DNA of 61,124 nt, the filler included, from Sphacelaria rigidula (Eukaryota), in the NCBI GenBank assembly GCA_964200075.2. It is 6 parts of 6 records of this genome, joined end to end, with 100 filler letters (N's around TTAATTAATTAA, not from the genome) between each part and the next. Parts side by side here need not be neighbours in the genome. Positions count along the whole stretch, not along the records: positions 10,206 to 20,310 come from CAXNAA020007134.1; positions 20,411 to 30,514 come from CAXNAA020007135.1; 4 more parts are not named here. The stretch is one strand, 5' to 3'. The notes under the pieces are model-generated. The model was not told the DNA's origin and did not search any database. It worked only from the letters and a program-made list of their open reading frames with translations. Of the stretch, positions 11,793-23,811 are shown in pieces (position 1 is the first letter of the stretch; each line of letters opens with the position of its first letter). The position numbers were made by a program, and so were the translations under genes.

Positions 11793-13909
11793 CTGCTGCT
11801 CCTGCTGTACTCTCCCTGCTCATCATTGCTATGATTGACGAGCAGGCTTGTTATTGTGCTGCACCATATGCGTAGTGTGTACTGTAGTGTCTGTGTGCGG
11901 ACTGCTGTATATTGGTATATATTGCTGCAGATGAAAAGATGAGAAGGTCCAGGGAGGAGGAAGAGAGGGGGAGGAGGAAGAGGAAGAGGAGAAGAAAAAG
12001 GAGTAGATTGAAGATTAAGCAGGGAGGGCAGAGACAAAAGTAGAGGCTGAAGGAAGCACGGCGGTGATTTTTTTTCGAGGCACCGGCGGCGAGGCGCGCA
12101 GAGTTGGCTTTTCCAAGTATCGATGGGCTCAGTCATCCAGTTCGGGCGATCTGTCGCCCCCTCTTTGTTCTAGTTTTTCGAAGTTTTTCATGTTGTGGGA
12201 AGAAACCCTTTGTTCAGTATGCGAAGGTCATGGCGAATTTCACAGCACGGCTTCAATTATTTCTTTTAATAAGTAGCGGCGCGCGGAGAGGAAGTAAAAA
12301 CATTAAAACAATGAAGCTCGGCCTTCGCTTCCTACGCGTTTTTGCCGAAAAAAATATGCGTCCAAAAGGGGGTCATTATGAAGCGGAAACCTTGCCGAGG
12401 CGTTACAATTACTAGATTTTAGTGTGTAACACCGAAAAGCAAGAACGCACAAGTTATGGGAATTATGCGAAAGCATCAGGAACATAAGCCTCAATGATGC
12501 TGAGCTTTTTCGATCGGAAACATGTGGTCCAAAGGCACGAAGCCCCATTTGACTCCCATCTTACAGACCATCATGCCAGATATCACCCGTTCACAGAACA
12601 AGGCGACCTTCACAAAACTCGTTCAGTTACCACCGCAACCCTGCAGCATAGAGCACGAGTGAGCTCAGGGATAGTATATTTTGAGCTATTTTTACTGTGG
12701 CGCAAGAATGTTTTTTCCTGAAAATCTTTTCCCGGCACATGTTGACTCCTTCTTGAAGCCCAACTAAGGCACCAGAGAGGTCCGTGGAGTTCAACCCGCA
12801 CCCCGATCACCATAGTAGAAGACAGAGAGACAGAGAGACAGAGAGAGACAGTACGGACAACACAATTGGATGCCATGTACAAATGCTTGATCGCGCCAAG
12901 TGCACCCGAGAAAGGCGAGACCTATGCTTCACACCTATTTCGTGCCGCAAAACCACTAGACGCGATGTGTGCAGTGTAGTACAGTTGTTCTCGCTCAGGG
13001 GTTCCAGAGGATGGTATGTGCTTGCCTCCCTGCCGGCCCGAAGCACTGGACTGAACTTCCAATTGTACCTCTCTCCTAGTCTCATAAAACGGCGAAGTAA
13101 TCTCTATGCGATGAATCAGTGTAATCAAATAAGAAATGTACCCTCACCTTACGCTGTGTCTTCTCGATCACCTCCATCATGACTCCCGTGGGCAGCGAGA
13201 TGCTCAAGACCGGGGTGTCGTCCTAGGCTGTTGCCAATATTTGTTTTTTACATGAGGAATATTTTCCGTGATTCAGACCCGCGGTTGAGCACAAAAAACA
13301 AACATACCAACAGACGACAAACACCCTCTTCTACACGATTAGGGCAAAGTAGATAAAAAATTATTCTTCGCCCCTCTGGGAGTTAATCGAAAGCATATCC
13401 CATGCTATTCTGCGCAAAATACCGCGCTGGTTAGGAAAAAGATGAACTGCGTCCGAAAATTAAAGGCGTTGGATTTTGTGTGGCAATTCCGCCGCATTTT
13501 TTGGGGTAAAACATGTACAGTACGTTTAAACAGGAGACGTAAATTTAATGTTGCTGATGTATCTCCAGGGTAGTGTGGATGTACCGCTGTACCGCGCACA
13601 TCCCCTCGTGGTTGATCGCCATCTTGAACTTACAATCGCTATCATGAGCTCGTGAAGTATGTACGTTGTGGTGGAGTCTTTCGTAGACGGGCGCCGAGGA
13701 AGTGCTGCAATTGCAGGTATCTTTAATGTGGGACAACGATATTTTGGAAGTGATCAAGTGATCTATGTTGGAACTTGCTGCGGCGGTTACAACTTCGTGT
13801 GCGTCGGGTATCTTTCGCACTTCTTCGGTATCTCGGAATGGGGTCGGCAATTCCAGCCACCGCCTCTGCAGCAGTCACTAGCGCGGTAAAACTCAGGTTC
13901 ATCGGCAGC

Positions 13910-14907
13910 ATGAAGCACCCGCGAGTGGCAGTTGCCCTTCTCGGAGCAGCCTGCATCGCCGTAACCCGATCGGCAACAAAAAATCGTACACCATTCCACA
14001 ACCACACCGACAACGATATCGGTGTCCCGTCTGGCGGAGTAACCGAGATACGTCGGGGCTTGCAGACCATGGATGTCGAATCCATGGACTGGAACAAAGT
14101 GCCCCGAGTAGGTCTAACGAACCAACTTCTTCTTTGCACAACTACAGCGGTGCCGAGCTCTCATGTTAGGCCGGCGTGCTTGAGCAGTAGTCCTGTTGTA
14201 CAGGCTTTCGAGGACGACCCGCGAGTCACCGGTAAGTACATGCGATCGTTGGCTGACGTGGTGCTTTATACATGATACAGTCAATATTGTACACACACGC
14301 AAGTTATGTTGAACTCTCCTGCGCCGGGAAGCGACACAGGAGTTTCTGGCACGTGCCATCCCAGATGACTCTAGTCGATATCACGTGTCTCGCGTGCTGC
14401 GGCGGGATTGATTGACATCAATGAGCGCTTTCACCACCCATTAAACAGCGTGTAATGCGTGAGAGGACCGCGTGCTTAGAGGACCGCGCCGTAGTTCAAA
14501 ATACTTCAGGATCGACGTTTTTCGAAATCAATCGGGCCAGTCCCTGCAGGCACCACGCCCCTGACCCTAACCCTAACACTAACCCAAGCCCTAACCCTAA
14601 CGATAGGGGTGTTCAAATTGCGATGCGGTCCTCTAAGCACGCGGTCCTCTCACACGCATTACACCGCGTGCCATCGCATACGCCATAAATGAAGTCGCAT
14701 CTCCTCGTCCCACCTAGACCGTGCGTTTTGATTCATTGCGATTTGTGAACAGCACGATGTGTCAAGTTCATGGTTATGCCTCTACCATGCTCACGCCGTA
14801 GCTTCCTTCCTACAGATAGCGTAGATACGGCGCCGTCACATGGTGGTGTACGTTACCGAAGGAGTCGTTCCAAGATAAGCGCGGTGAAAATCGCCTTTTT
14901 TGACAAG
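13910..14907 (+). CDS. Putative secreted-protein gene fragment (3 exons), possibly decayed
   Basis: Exons 13910-14107, 14204-14231 and 14816-14907 are phase-compatible with GT-AG ends. N-terminal hydrophobic signal-like MKHPRVAVALLGAACIAVTRS is followed by an RRGLQ motif. No clean continuation was found. Confidence 0.4.
14450..14664. mobile_element. MITE with ~38-bp TIRs and internal (CCCTAA)n telomere-like tract
   Basis: gtgtaatgcgtgagaggaccgcgtgcttagaggaccgc ... gcggtcctctaagcacgcggtcctctcacacgcattacac. Internal cctgaccctaaccctaacactaacccaagccctaaccctaac at ~14560-14601. Confidence 0.8.
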
Positions 14908-16162
14908 GTGGGAATGAGGCACTTCCCGGTATACTACAGTCAGTAGGTTGTTTTATAGAACAATCGTAACCTTCAACACAGACACTGCTGTGATCGACTA
15001 CGCGGGAGGGGGGAAAGAAATTTTGTGGGCTCCCCCCCCCTCCCCCTATATTGTTGAAGGGCGTCAGGTATCTTCCGTAAAACGCATAATTCGGCAAGGA
15101 GTTTCTGATGAGTGGGATGTTGGATACCACCCGCCCACGCATTCTCGGGTGGGCAAGTCTACAATTTCTTTTTTCTTGGTGCCCAAGAGTTAAAACCATG
15201 AAGAACCGCGCCAACAGTCGGTATCTCAGCTGATGATGCGCATGACTCTTTTTGCGTCTCTTATTCGTGTAGTACCGTGAGCCCTCGGTTTCCAAACGCG
15301 TAACAAACGCACCAGCTAATGATCTGGGCGCATACAAGGGTCTCAGGAATCCAGTACCACATTGTATCACAAAGAACACAAGTACTCCTTCCTTGTCTCG
15401 TGGGGCTACTGCTGCTGTCGCATTATTAACTATAATGCTGTATCCTCCCACCCCCAGCTGCGTTTTTGCGAACGAGGCCGCCGCACAGTAGCCAGCATTC
15501 GGTTCACCCACACCGTGCCAACGGCATATATATGCCCCTGACCGGCGTAGACGGCCTGGGACGAGTGCATTTCCCCCCTCCCACTTTGGGTTCAGCCAGT
15601 TTCAGCACGACAGTACTGCCGATGCGCAATACCATACGGTCTCCAGATGACACTACGGCAAGCTATCGCCCAAGATACAGACAGGAGACGTGTGATAGTT
15701 AATGACTACGTGTGAATATTTCGGGGGGGAGGGGCACGGCATCATTTGAGAAAGATTTCAAGATTCACGAGGACATCATGTTTCAATTGGCTCACCATAA
15801 GATATATGAAAAGAACCATCGACATGCATGTCCGGGGTGCTCCTGCAAGCGCCGACCCCATATATGTGGGTCCTTACACGAATGTTTGAATCAATCAAGA
15901 GAAATATTGCGTCTCTCAGTCAAGAACAGTAGCCGTGTGAGCGCTTCAGAAGATTGTCCATACCTGACCTACACTGCATTCAGGTGAAGAATAATGCCGG
16001 TACCGTATCCAAACGCAGTCTACTGTGCGATACCAAAGTGAAGTCGATCGGCTGAAAAGTGCCCACACACGTGACCCCTCCAAATTACTCAAGATTATGT
16101 TATTATTACTTCGAAGTATTATATATACTCAGCAGGATATATTACACATAATCTTGAGTGTT

Positions 16163-16991
16163 CAGGCCGGATGTCATGGCAACAGATCTTCGGCCCCGGA
16201 TCTTCAAAATTCGTGTGACAGTCATGTTTTGGGTACAAATTTATCGATTTTTTGGGTAAAAATATCCGTGGCCAAGATTCGGGGCCCGAGTCCCACAGAA
16301 TTTTGGGCAAACTGGCGGGGGGGGGGTCAAGCACAGATTTTTGCACACGGATTTTTGCGTTTTGGACGACAGGCCGTCATAAAGGGGTCACGCCGCGTTT
16401 TTCTGGATGTGCCGGCGTGCTGGCGGCGCCTTCGTGAGTGATCCTGTCGACAACAACCAACAACACACGAAGTAAAGCACACACCGCAGCCGACACGCCA
16501 TGAGGCCCGCTTCGCGCGTACGAGACGAAAACGACACGCCTTGCTCGTCCGTCTCCTGGCAAAACCATTGCAGAGACGTTGAGAGAGTAGACATGTGATG
16601 CGCACTGTCGCTGTCTGGCGGGTAGTTCTGCGATCCTTCGATGGATGAAGGATTCAACTTTAGCAAGAACGAGGGGGGCACGGTCGCTTACTTATGTGCT
16701 CGAAAGAACCGGCACTGGTGTCAGTGGGGTGGTGATGACCTCTCTGCGGCAGTGACGCTACATTACTACAGCACGCCACAGCACACGAGACATCTACGGG
16801 ACTGTGAGCTGTTGAAACACGCTAAACATAAAACTCGAAACCCTGGTGGAGGTATACAAATCAGAACAGTATGGTATGAAAATCTGTGTGCTGCCATATT
16901 AACGCTCCCGAAACCAAATTTGCCGCGGACTTGTTTCACCAGGATTCCAAAATCTGTGGGCCAAAGATCTGTTGCCATAACATCCGGCCTC
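16163..16991. mobile_element. Non-autonomous TIR element (MITE, hAT-like CAGG end)
   Basis: Left end caggccggatgtcatggcaacagatcttcggccc; right end gggccaaagatctgttgccataacatccggcctc (~34-bp TIR, few mismatches). No TSD recognisable. Confidence 0.75.
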
Positions 16992-18444
16992 AGATTCTTA
17001 TAGAGAACACAGAAACAGCTATGGGGTGTAAATATTCCTCTGGATTTTCTTGCCACGACGAGGATTGTACTTCGAGAGTATTTCAGAAAAATATACTCTA
17101 CAGTAGAAGGTCAAAATTGCTCTAGAGTATACAGTATGTGAGGCGTCTAGAGGGCATATTCCTCTGGGGGGAATCAAGCCCTTCATAGGATGGAAAGAGC
17201 CGCAAATGCTCACGAGTAACATCGGCCAAAGCAGAGTATCACGAAATACTCCGAGGGTTGAAGAAATACTGCGCTGGATGGGAGCCGAGTGGCCACGTGT
17301 GTAGCCATTCAGTGCGTACCAAATTGGACACACCCATCCGCTAGAGGGACTAACATACGCAGGGGCAATGCACAACAAAATGCAGGGAATATGAACCCCT
17401 CAGAGTCCCACCCCCCCAAATCGACGGAATGTAAACTTAGGGCCCATATTTGTTGAAAGCTGAACTACGTGACGAGCTGGGGATTTTGCAGGGCTAGTAC
17501 AAGTTTCGAGTTTCCATTCACTCGATTGGGAAGTTTGCGAATACTGGTTGTCACCATCACCCGAAAGTTTGAGGGTCAGTAGGCGTTGAGAAAAGAATCA
17601 GGTTGTGCTCGTGACAAATTTCGCAGTTTTGTGCTTTCGTAACAATACGGAGTAAAGCACCGTCAGTCGAGGGGGTGTTATTGACCGTATAAAGGGTGCG
17701 GACTTTCGTCTGTAGCGCGATTAAAATCCGGAAAACAAAAACTTTAGGGATAAACGTGTTCATTATCACGATCTTGATCGGTTTGGTGGAGATAAAATAT
17801 CAAAGAGTGAGGACCGAGGTCTGTGCACTCGTAGGACCCCCAACGGCCGGTGAGCCCGTAACTCTTGCAGAAGTGGTCATGCAAAATATTTTTCATGAAG
17901 ATTGTGTCAAGTACTCATTTCTCTCGATTCCAAGACTTCAGGATCAAACAGAAACCGTGATGAGTCGTGGTACCGAAAACCTGGAAAAAACGATTTCAAT
18001 CGGGGGAAAAGGTTTGAACTTGTACCACAAAAACGCCATGGCACAATTTGGCGGACGATTCTGACCGGTTATACCATGTTCTACCCGCCTGTCCGCTGCC
18101 GCGGTGCATCACGTCTACGGGGCATGTGGAAGGGAGTCCTTACCCAAATAGTCTGGTCAATTAGTATGAGCTTCTGACAACCAAGGCGCAACTTGCTCTC
18201 ATGGTCTTGTGTGTTTTGCTTTGTTTTGCTTTACTTTTGTGCGGCCTCCTTGCCGGAAGCCATGCGGAACGATTCGTCTTTCTCCGGGCCGATGCTAGAC
18301 CCTAGCCAGGCGGACTTCTTTGCATTTCCCTTCCGTTCCCTTCCTTTCCCTTTCCTTCCCACTCCTCGCTTTTTCTCCTCGTTACGAGGTGGCTGTGTTC
18401 GTCCTGTCCTTTCTTCTATTTCCGCTTTCTCGAGCTTTTCTTAG

Positions 18445-19120
18445 AGAGTGTTCCCGTCCTTTCACCTTGGGTAAGTACTTCGTATGACTGCAAGCGGATT
18501 CACAGCCCATCGCAAGATGCGCGACATCAATCAAACCAACCAATCATTTATGTGGGATAGAAATATACGCAATGTAACTGTGGGCGTTAAACCGACCTTG
18601 CATTTTGCATGAGGCTGTGAGAAACTGAACGAGTAATGCATCGGTGCCCCCTGCATTTTCCGCTGTCCCTGCAGTCTGGGACGTGGAAGCGGCGGAGCTG
18701 ATATGTGACAATCTTGATATGGTGATCGACTCTGATCTGCTGCGCGTCACCCTCACGGCAGAAGAGGTGGTTACAATACGTACAGGACTCGAGTGTAGTG
18801 GGTGTACGCGCCCAGGTGATGCGTGATATTATGGGCCCACTGAATCTGGAACAACTTTTGTGCAGATGCATTCGTGACCCCTCGGATACTCTCAGCGTTC
18901 TCTGCGCGCGCCGAGCACCGTGAAAAGCAACGTGCACCGACACCGAGAGTACGTAGTTCAGCGCATAGGTGCTTGACATTAACCGTCCCAAATTACCTCT
19001 CTTCCTTCTCCGCTGCCGTACCCTGGTCTTGTATTTTTGCTGTACCAGACGCTGCACGTCAAAAAGAAGTCGAGCAAGTCTTGGCCGGCAGAAATCTTCA
19101 ACAACGGGCTGCCCCGGAAG
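18445..19120 (+). CDS. Possible internal exons of an unidentified gene
   Basis: Exons 18445-18470, 18675-18766 and 19049-19120 follow polypyrimidine tracts and join in frame (ECSRPFTLVWDVEAAELICDNLDMVIDSDLLRVTLTAEETLHVKKKSSKSWPAEIFNNGLPRK). The last donor would be GC. No family recognised. Confidence 0.35.
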
Positions 19121-20310
19121 GCGAGATACTCATTTTTCTAAACATCACTAGTTTTTCGTGTTGTTATGCGTAGCCGTTCATCGCCTACGCCATAGGGGTT
19201 GTGAAGGGTATGATCACTTTCGGGCTTCAAGAAAAGGTGGTTTCTTCCGTTTCTCGAACTTGACCGACCGCTCAAGCGGGGTCGCGGAAAACCGTCTTCT
19301 TGTAGCGATGTTTGTGTAATATGCCCAGTTGATATATGACGCACTGTTTAGCGATGGAAAATGTGTTTTAGACTGATACGATACTTTCGAGTAGTTTTAC
19401 TGTCAACCTTCAAAAGTAGTGCAACTTTTTATGGCGCCGATGCGAGCATTTCGCTCGATTGATGACAATTTTTCACGCGAATACCACTTGACACGTTAAA
19501 TATAGGGTATGTATTACTCATGTAGCAGAGAAACCGGATACGTCACAAGTGCGACGTTTTTGCGCTGCCATGCCGAGTGAGATTTTATGTCTGATCTGCT
19601 CATCAGGTTCAGTTCGAAGATGAACCATATGCGGCGACGTGTCGAGGTCGTTCAACTGTTTCTGATGTTGATCTTCCAGCCGACAAGTGCTACACCTCAC
19701 GCGGTAAAGGTACCATTGGGTACGAATCAACATGCTATCTCGGCGATATATCGTCTGAGTTAAACGATCTTCTTCGAGGATTTTCCATTTTCCCCCCATC
19801 ACATCCCCAACTCTTTCCCTTCCTCGGGAGGAATCCGTGGTCTCAAGCGATCAACCCATCTTTCTCCCGGTAGACGCCACATTTCGGTATTGCAGGTTGA
19901 GGCTGTACTCCCAAACAGCGTCGATTCTCGTCATAAACTACTTTTTCTACTCACATTATGACATCCTCAACAACGAAAAATCAGACAATCAGTTACCAGC
20001 AATACACCTGAATATATTTACCGGGAATCGAACCCGTATTCTTCCAGACCAAATGGCTTTCAACTAGACATCTAGGTGACGGGGACGCGGGGCGATATAT
20101 GCCATGCAACTCGGGCTTGCAGGACCTCCCTCGGTCACGGTGGCCACCATTGATGTCACACAGTGTCGACTCTCCCGAGCAAGTTCTGTGGGCTCTACAC
20201 CCCCCCCCGGTCACGGCAAAACAGGACGGGGATAAGATATGTAAGAGGTTTTTGTGTAATGTAACGAAGAGACGTAAAGAGGTGCGGAAGAGACTGAAAG
20301 AGCGCCGGAA

Positions 20311-20410
20311 NNNNNNNNNNNNNNNNNNNNNNNNNNNNNNNNNNNNNNNNNNNNTTAATTAATTAANNNNNNNNNNNNNNNNNNNNNNNNNNNNNNNNNN
20401 NNNNNNNNNN
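20311..20410. other. Artificial contig linker N44-TTAATTAATTAA-N44
   Basis: Same 100-bp spacer. Confidence 0.97.
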
Positions 20411-20632
20411 GTATTATCTTTGTTTTTTTTTTTGTTTGTTTTTTAGGGGGGGGACGCGCAAAAAAAATTTGTTCACCTTTTCACCCCCCCCCCCCCCCCC
20501 CCCCCAGAGGGCATTTTTCGAAAATTGTCATGATATTTATTTTTTGGTCAACTTTGTTGCGAGAAGTTCATTAGTAAATGCTGTTTTGATTATTTTTCTG
20601 TTAATTTTGTTGCAAAAAATTGATCAATAAAC

Positions 20633-20878
20633 CCTGACAAAAACCGAAGAGTCTGGTGGGCTTTGCGGGGTTCGTATAATATTGTATCTACTTCTGCTCC
20701 TTGCCCGCTCTGTCCCGATGACCTCAGATGCCGGAGGACATTTTTCGAGCATTGTCCTAACTTTTTTTTCTCGCTATTTTTGTTGCAAAAAGATGATGAA
20801 TAAACACTGACAAAACCGAAAAGTCTGGTGGGCTTTGCGGGGTTTTGATACTTCTGCTCCTTGCCCGCTCTGTCCCGA
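20633..20878. repeat. Direct repeat (two ~75-85-bp copies, ~175-bp period)
   Basis: ctgacaaaa(a)ccgaa.agtctggtgggctttgcggggtt...tacttctgctccttgcccgctctgtcccga occurs at ~20633 and ~20807. Confidence 0.7.
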
Positions 20879-21772
20879 AAGGATCTCTGTCCACGGCAGC
20901 TTACCGCATCCGACAACGCTTCGGCAATGAACCAGGGGATAGACGCTGGGTGTCCCCCCCCCCCTCAAAACTCAATTTTTCGATCTTGGGGCCTAGGTGT
21001 CCAGAATTTATTTTTACGCTGCGCCCTGGGATAACGAGTGACGAGTTACGTGTCTCATCAGTGAGCCGCATACACTTATGCACGTGCCAGGCATACTCAT
21101 AAAGGCAGACACGACAGCGCTAGAGGGACGACGCGTCCAAACGCTGAAACGCTGACATGCAGAGCAAACAAGTAGAAGAGACAAAACACGCCTTCAAGTA
21201 ACGGTAGTTTGTGTTGTTGTCATTTTTTTTTTCTGTGACTATGTTGGTGACATTACTTTGCTGTCCAGATGCAGTGCTATTGGCTGGGGTGTCGACCGGG
21301 ACTTGCTCATCGCACATGTGTGGTGTATGTGGTGTGTGGTGTGCAGTGTGTAGTGGTTGTTTTTTGTGTGCACGGGTGTGGTGCGGCGACACCACTGTTA
21401 CATGCGCGCCAAGGATCTGGAGTCTGGAGACAACATATGATAAGGCTGATTCTGGTATTTAAGAAGACATATCGCGTGATATCCGCGTCCATATCCCACA
21501 TATATTGGGTATATTGGGTATATTTGGGCAAGATATATCATGTATATCTGGAATATCTATGCGAGAATGTGGGGATATATTGGGTAATTTTGGGAGATAT
21601 TTTCTCGCACAAGATTGGCCAAAACATCTTCAAGTTAGGGCCTAAAAAGCATGCTTGGAATATATGAATATCCTATGCGTATTGGGGGCAATATATTTTC
21701 GACCCAATACCCAAAACCCAACTCTAGAAGTGTGGGTCATGCCGGGCCATCAAGTATTATTTGACATCTATA

Positions 21773-22160
21773 GCCGGTCGCCCCGGTGGCTCCGTTGATA
21801 ACCTCGAAACCTTCTGACGGCTGGGTCGTGGGTTCGAATCTCGGAGCGATCTGGGATTTTTTCTGACGCCCAATAGTCGAGAGCTACTATGTCGTGGATA
21901 CACAAAAAAAACTCGACTTCACGGTCGACGAGAGAAAGGGACTGCTGAACCCCTCTCGCGATAAAAATAAAAGTAAAGCACCGCAAAAGGAAGGTGGAGT
22001 AGCAAAATAAAAAAAACAAAAAAAGCTCCTGTGTTGACCTTCCTCCTGTGTGACCCCGGCTGGTGCGCCCACATATATCGCAAGGGGTATACCGGCGTCC
22101 AGAATAGATGGGACGACGACGACGACGACGACGACGACAGCAACAACAACAGCAACAACA
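21773..22160 (+). mobile_element. tRNA-derived SINE, family 1 (full-length copy)
   Basis: ggtggctccgttg (A box), ggttcgaatct (B box), same body as 7546-7945, (GAC)n(CAA)n tail. Confidence 0.8.
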
Positions 22161-22196
22161 CCCTAGCAGCCTAGGTGAACAGAGTCGGTGCTCGGA

Positions 22197-22787
22197 CCAG
22201 TCATGATATTTCCCCCCCACCGGTCGCTGCAGTTCAACTATTTGATTATTTCGGCCACACGAACTTTTCTGGGTATCCCTCTGACACATCGATGCTTGTT
22301 CTGTGAGGTGTCGTGGTGTTGGTAGCGAGATGCAGGTGGCGGGGAATTCAAGCATTCATGCTCCACCCCCCCCGGTCATGATCTTTACACCCCCACCGGC
22401 CGCTGCAGGCCAAATACTGGGTTGTTCTGGTCACAAATATTTTCTGGGCAGCCCTCTGTCACAGAAACACATCGATGCTTGTGCTGTGAGCTGTCGTGGG
22501 GCTGTTGGCAAGATGCAGGTGGCGGGGTAGACTACGTTCAAGCATGAAAACCCCAGCACCCCGGTCACAATCTTTTCACCCCCACCGGCCGCTACAGGCC
22601 AAATACTGGGTTGTTCCGGCCACATAAAACTTTCTGGGCAGCCCTCTATCACAGAAACACATCGATGCCCGTTCTATGAGCTGACGTGGTGTTGGTGGCA
22701 AGATACCTGTGGCGGGGTCGATGATATAGGCTTAAATACTCCATCACCCCGGTCATGATATCTTCACCCCACCGGCCAGTTTTTCGC
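22197..22787. repeat. Tandem array of ~185-bp units (3+ copies)
   Basis: Units begin ccggtcatgat...ccccaccggccgct at 22197, 22372, 22561 and 22749. They share gccctct.tcacagaaacacatcgatgc and gatgcaggtggcgggg. Confidence 0.85.
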
Positions 22788-23811
22788 GTGCCACCGCTCA
22801 ACCCAGCGAGTGGTTAATCCCAGTGCTTGGGACTCGAGAGATACAAGGCATCCGCTCCACATTCCAAGACAAAAATCGTCTTTGCGCTCAGTATTAAACA
22901 ACTCCGAACTGAACTGCCAGGTGGTGCTGTTGATCCTTTTCGGTGACATTTCTAATCGGTTCTAGCCCAATGAATAGGTAAAGACGGAATAATGAGGCTC
23001 CGTATAATCATTAATGAGAGTGATCGGAGTTGGTTCACCCCCGCCTGTGCTATGCACGGCTCGACTCGGCAATTTCCGTTTTCGGGCATTTTTCAGAATT
23101 TCTCATGAAGTATCCGCCCTTGGCGCTTGAAAGTTCCAGCGCCGAAGTATATTGGGAAAAGAAGCAGGTCGTACTCAGAACACAATCCTCAATTGGTGTT
23201 GTAGGGGTGGTACGGCGTAAGTACGTTGTTCATCAGGCGGTGTTATCGATCGTGGTCGGTCCAACAAACACAGTGTTTCTGCTCTAGCGTAATAAGCAGG
23301 TAAAAAATAAAAGGAGTAATTATTTCACTCACTTACGAAAACGAGTGGGATTGCTACAATCGAGCAACAATACTCAAGGGTCATAACCTGGAGCTGGGTA
23401 GCCTCAGGACACCCGAAGACCAGTCAGCCCGTATGTCGTTCAATAATGAGCGTAGATGTGATCTTATTTCGGAAGGTCGAGGGGATGCCTAGTATCTCCC
23501 GATCCCCAAACTTTGGGATCAAAGATTAACTGGGAGGAGCGGTGGCACGCGAAAATAATTTCGAATGTCCCCCGCTACGAAAAAAGTAGGAAAATCTCTT
23601 TTCCAGATATAAACTACTGTATCAGCGCGTAAGTGCCGAAACGACGAGATATGCCCACGGCACAGTGTACATGTATGTACGCGTGCAAAGTACTGCAGGT
23701 TATTGTTATACTGCAGGAAGGGTATATTCACGGTGACATGGATGACCATGCACCTTTCCTTTGAAAGCCAGCCAGTCACGATAGCCGTTCCCTGTGTCTC
23801 GCTCGTAACAT

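Noticed and set aside
22197-22787. CRISPR-like repeat-spacer array
   Set aside because: The whole ~185-bp unit is homologous between copies. There are no unique spacers and no cas genes, and the context is eukaryotic.
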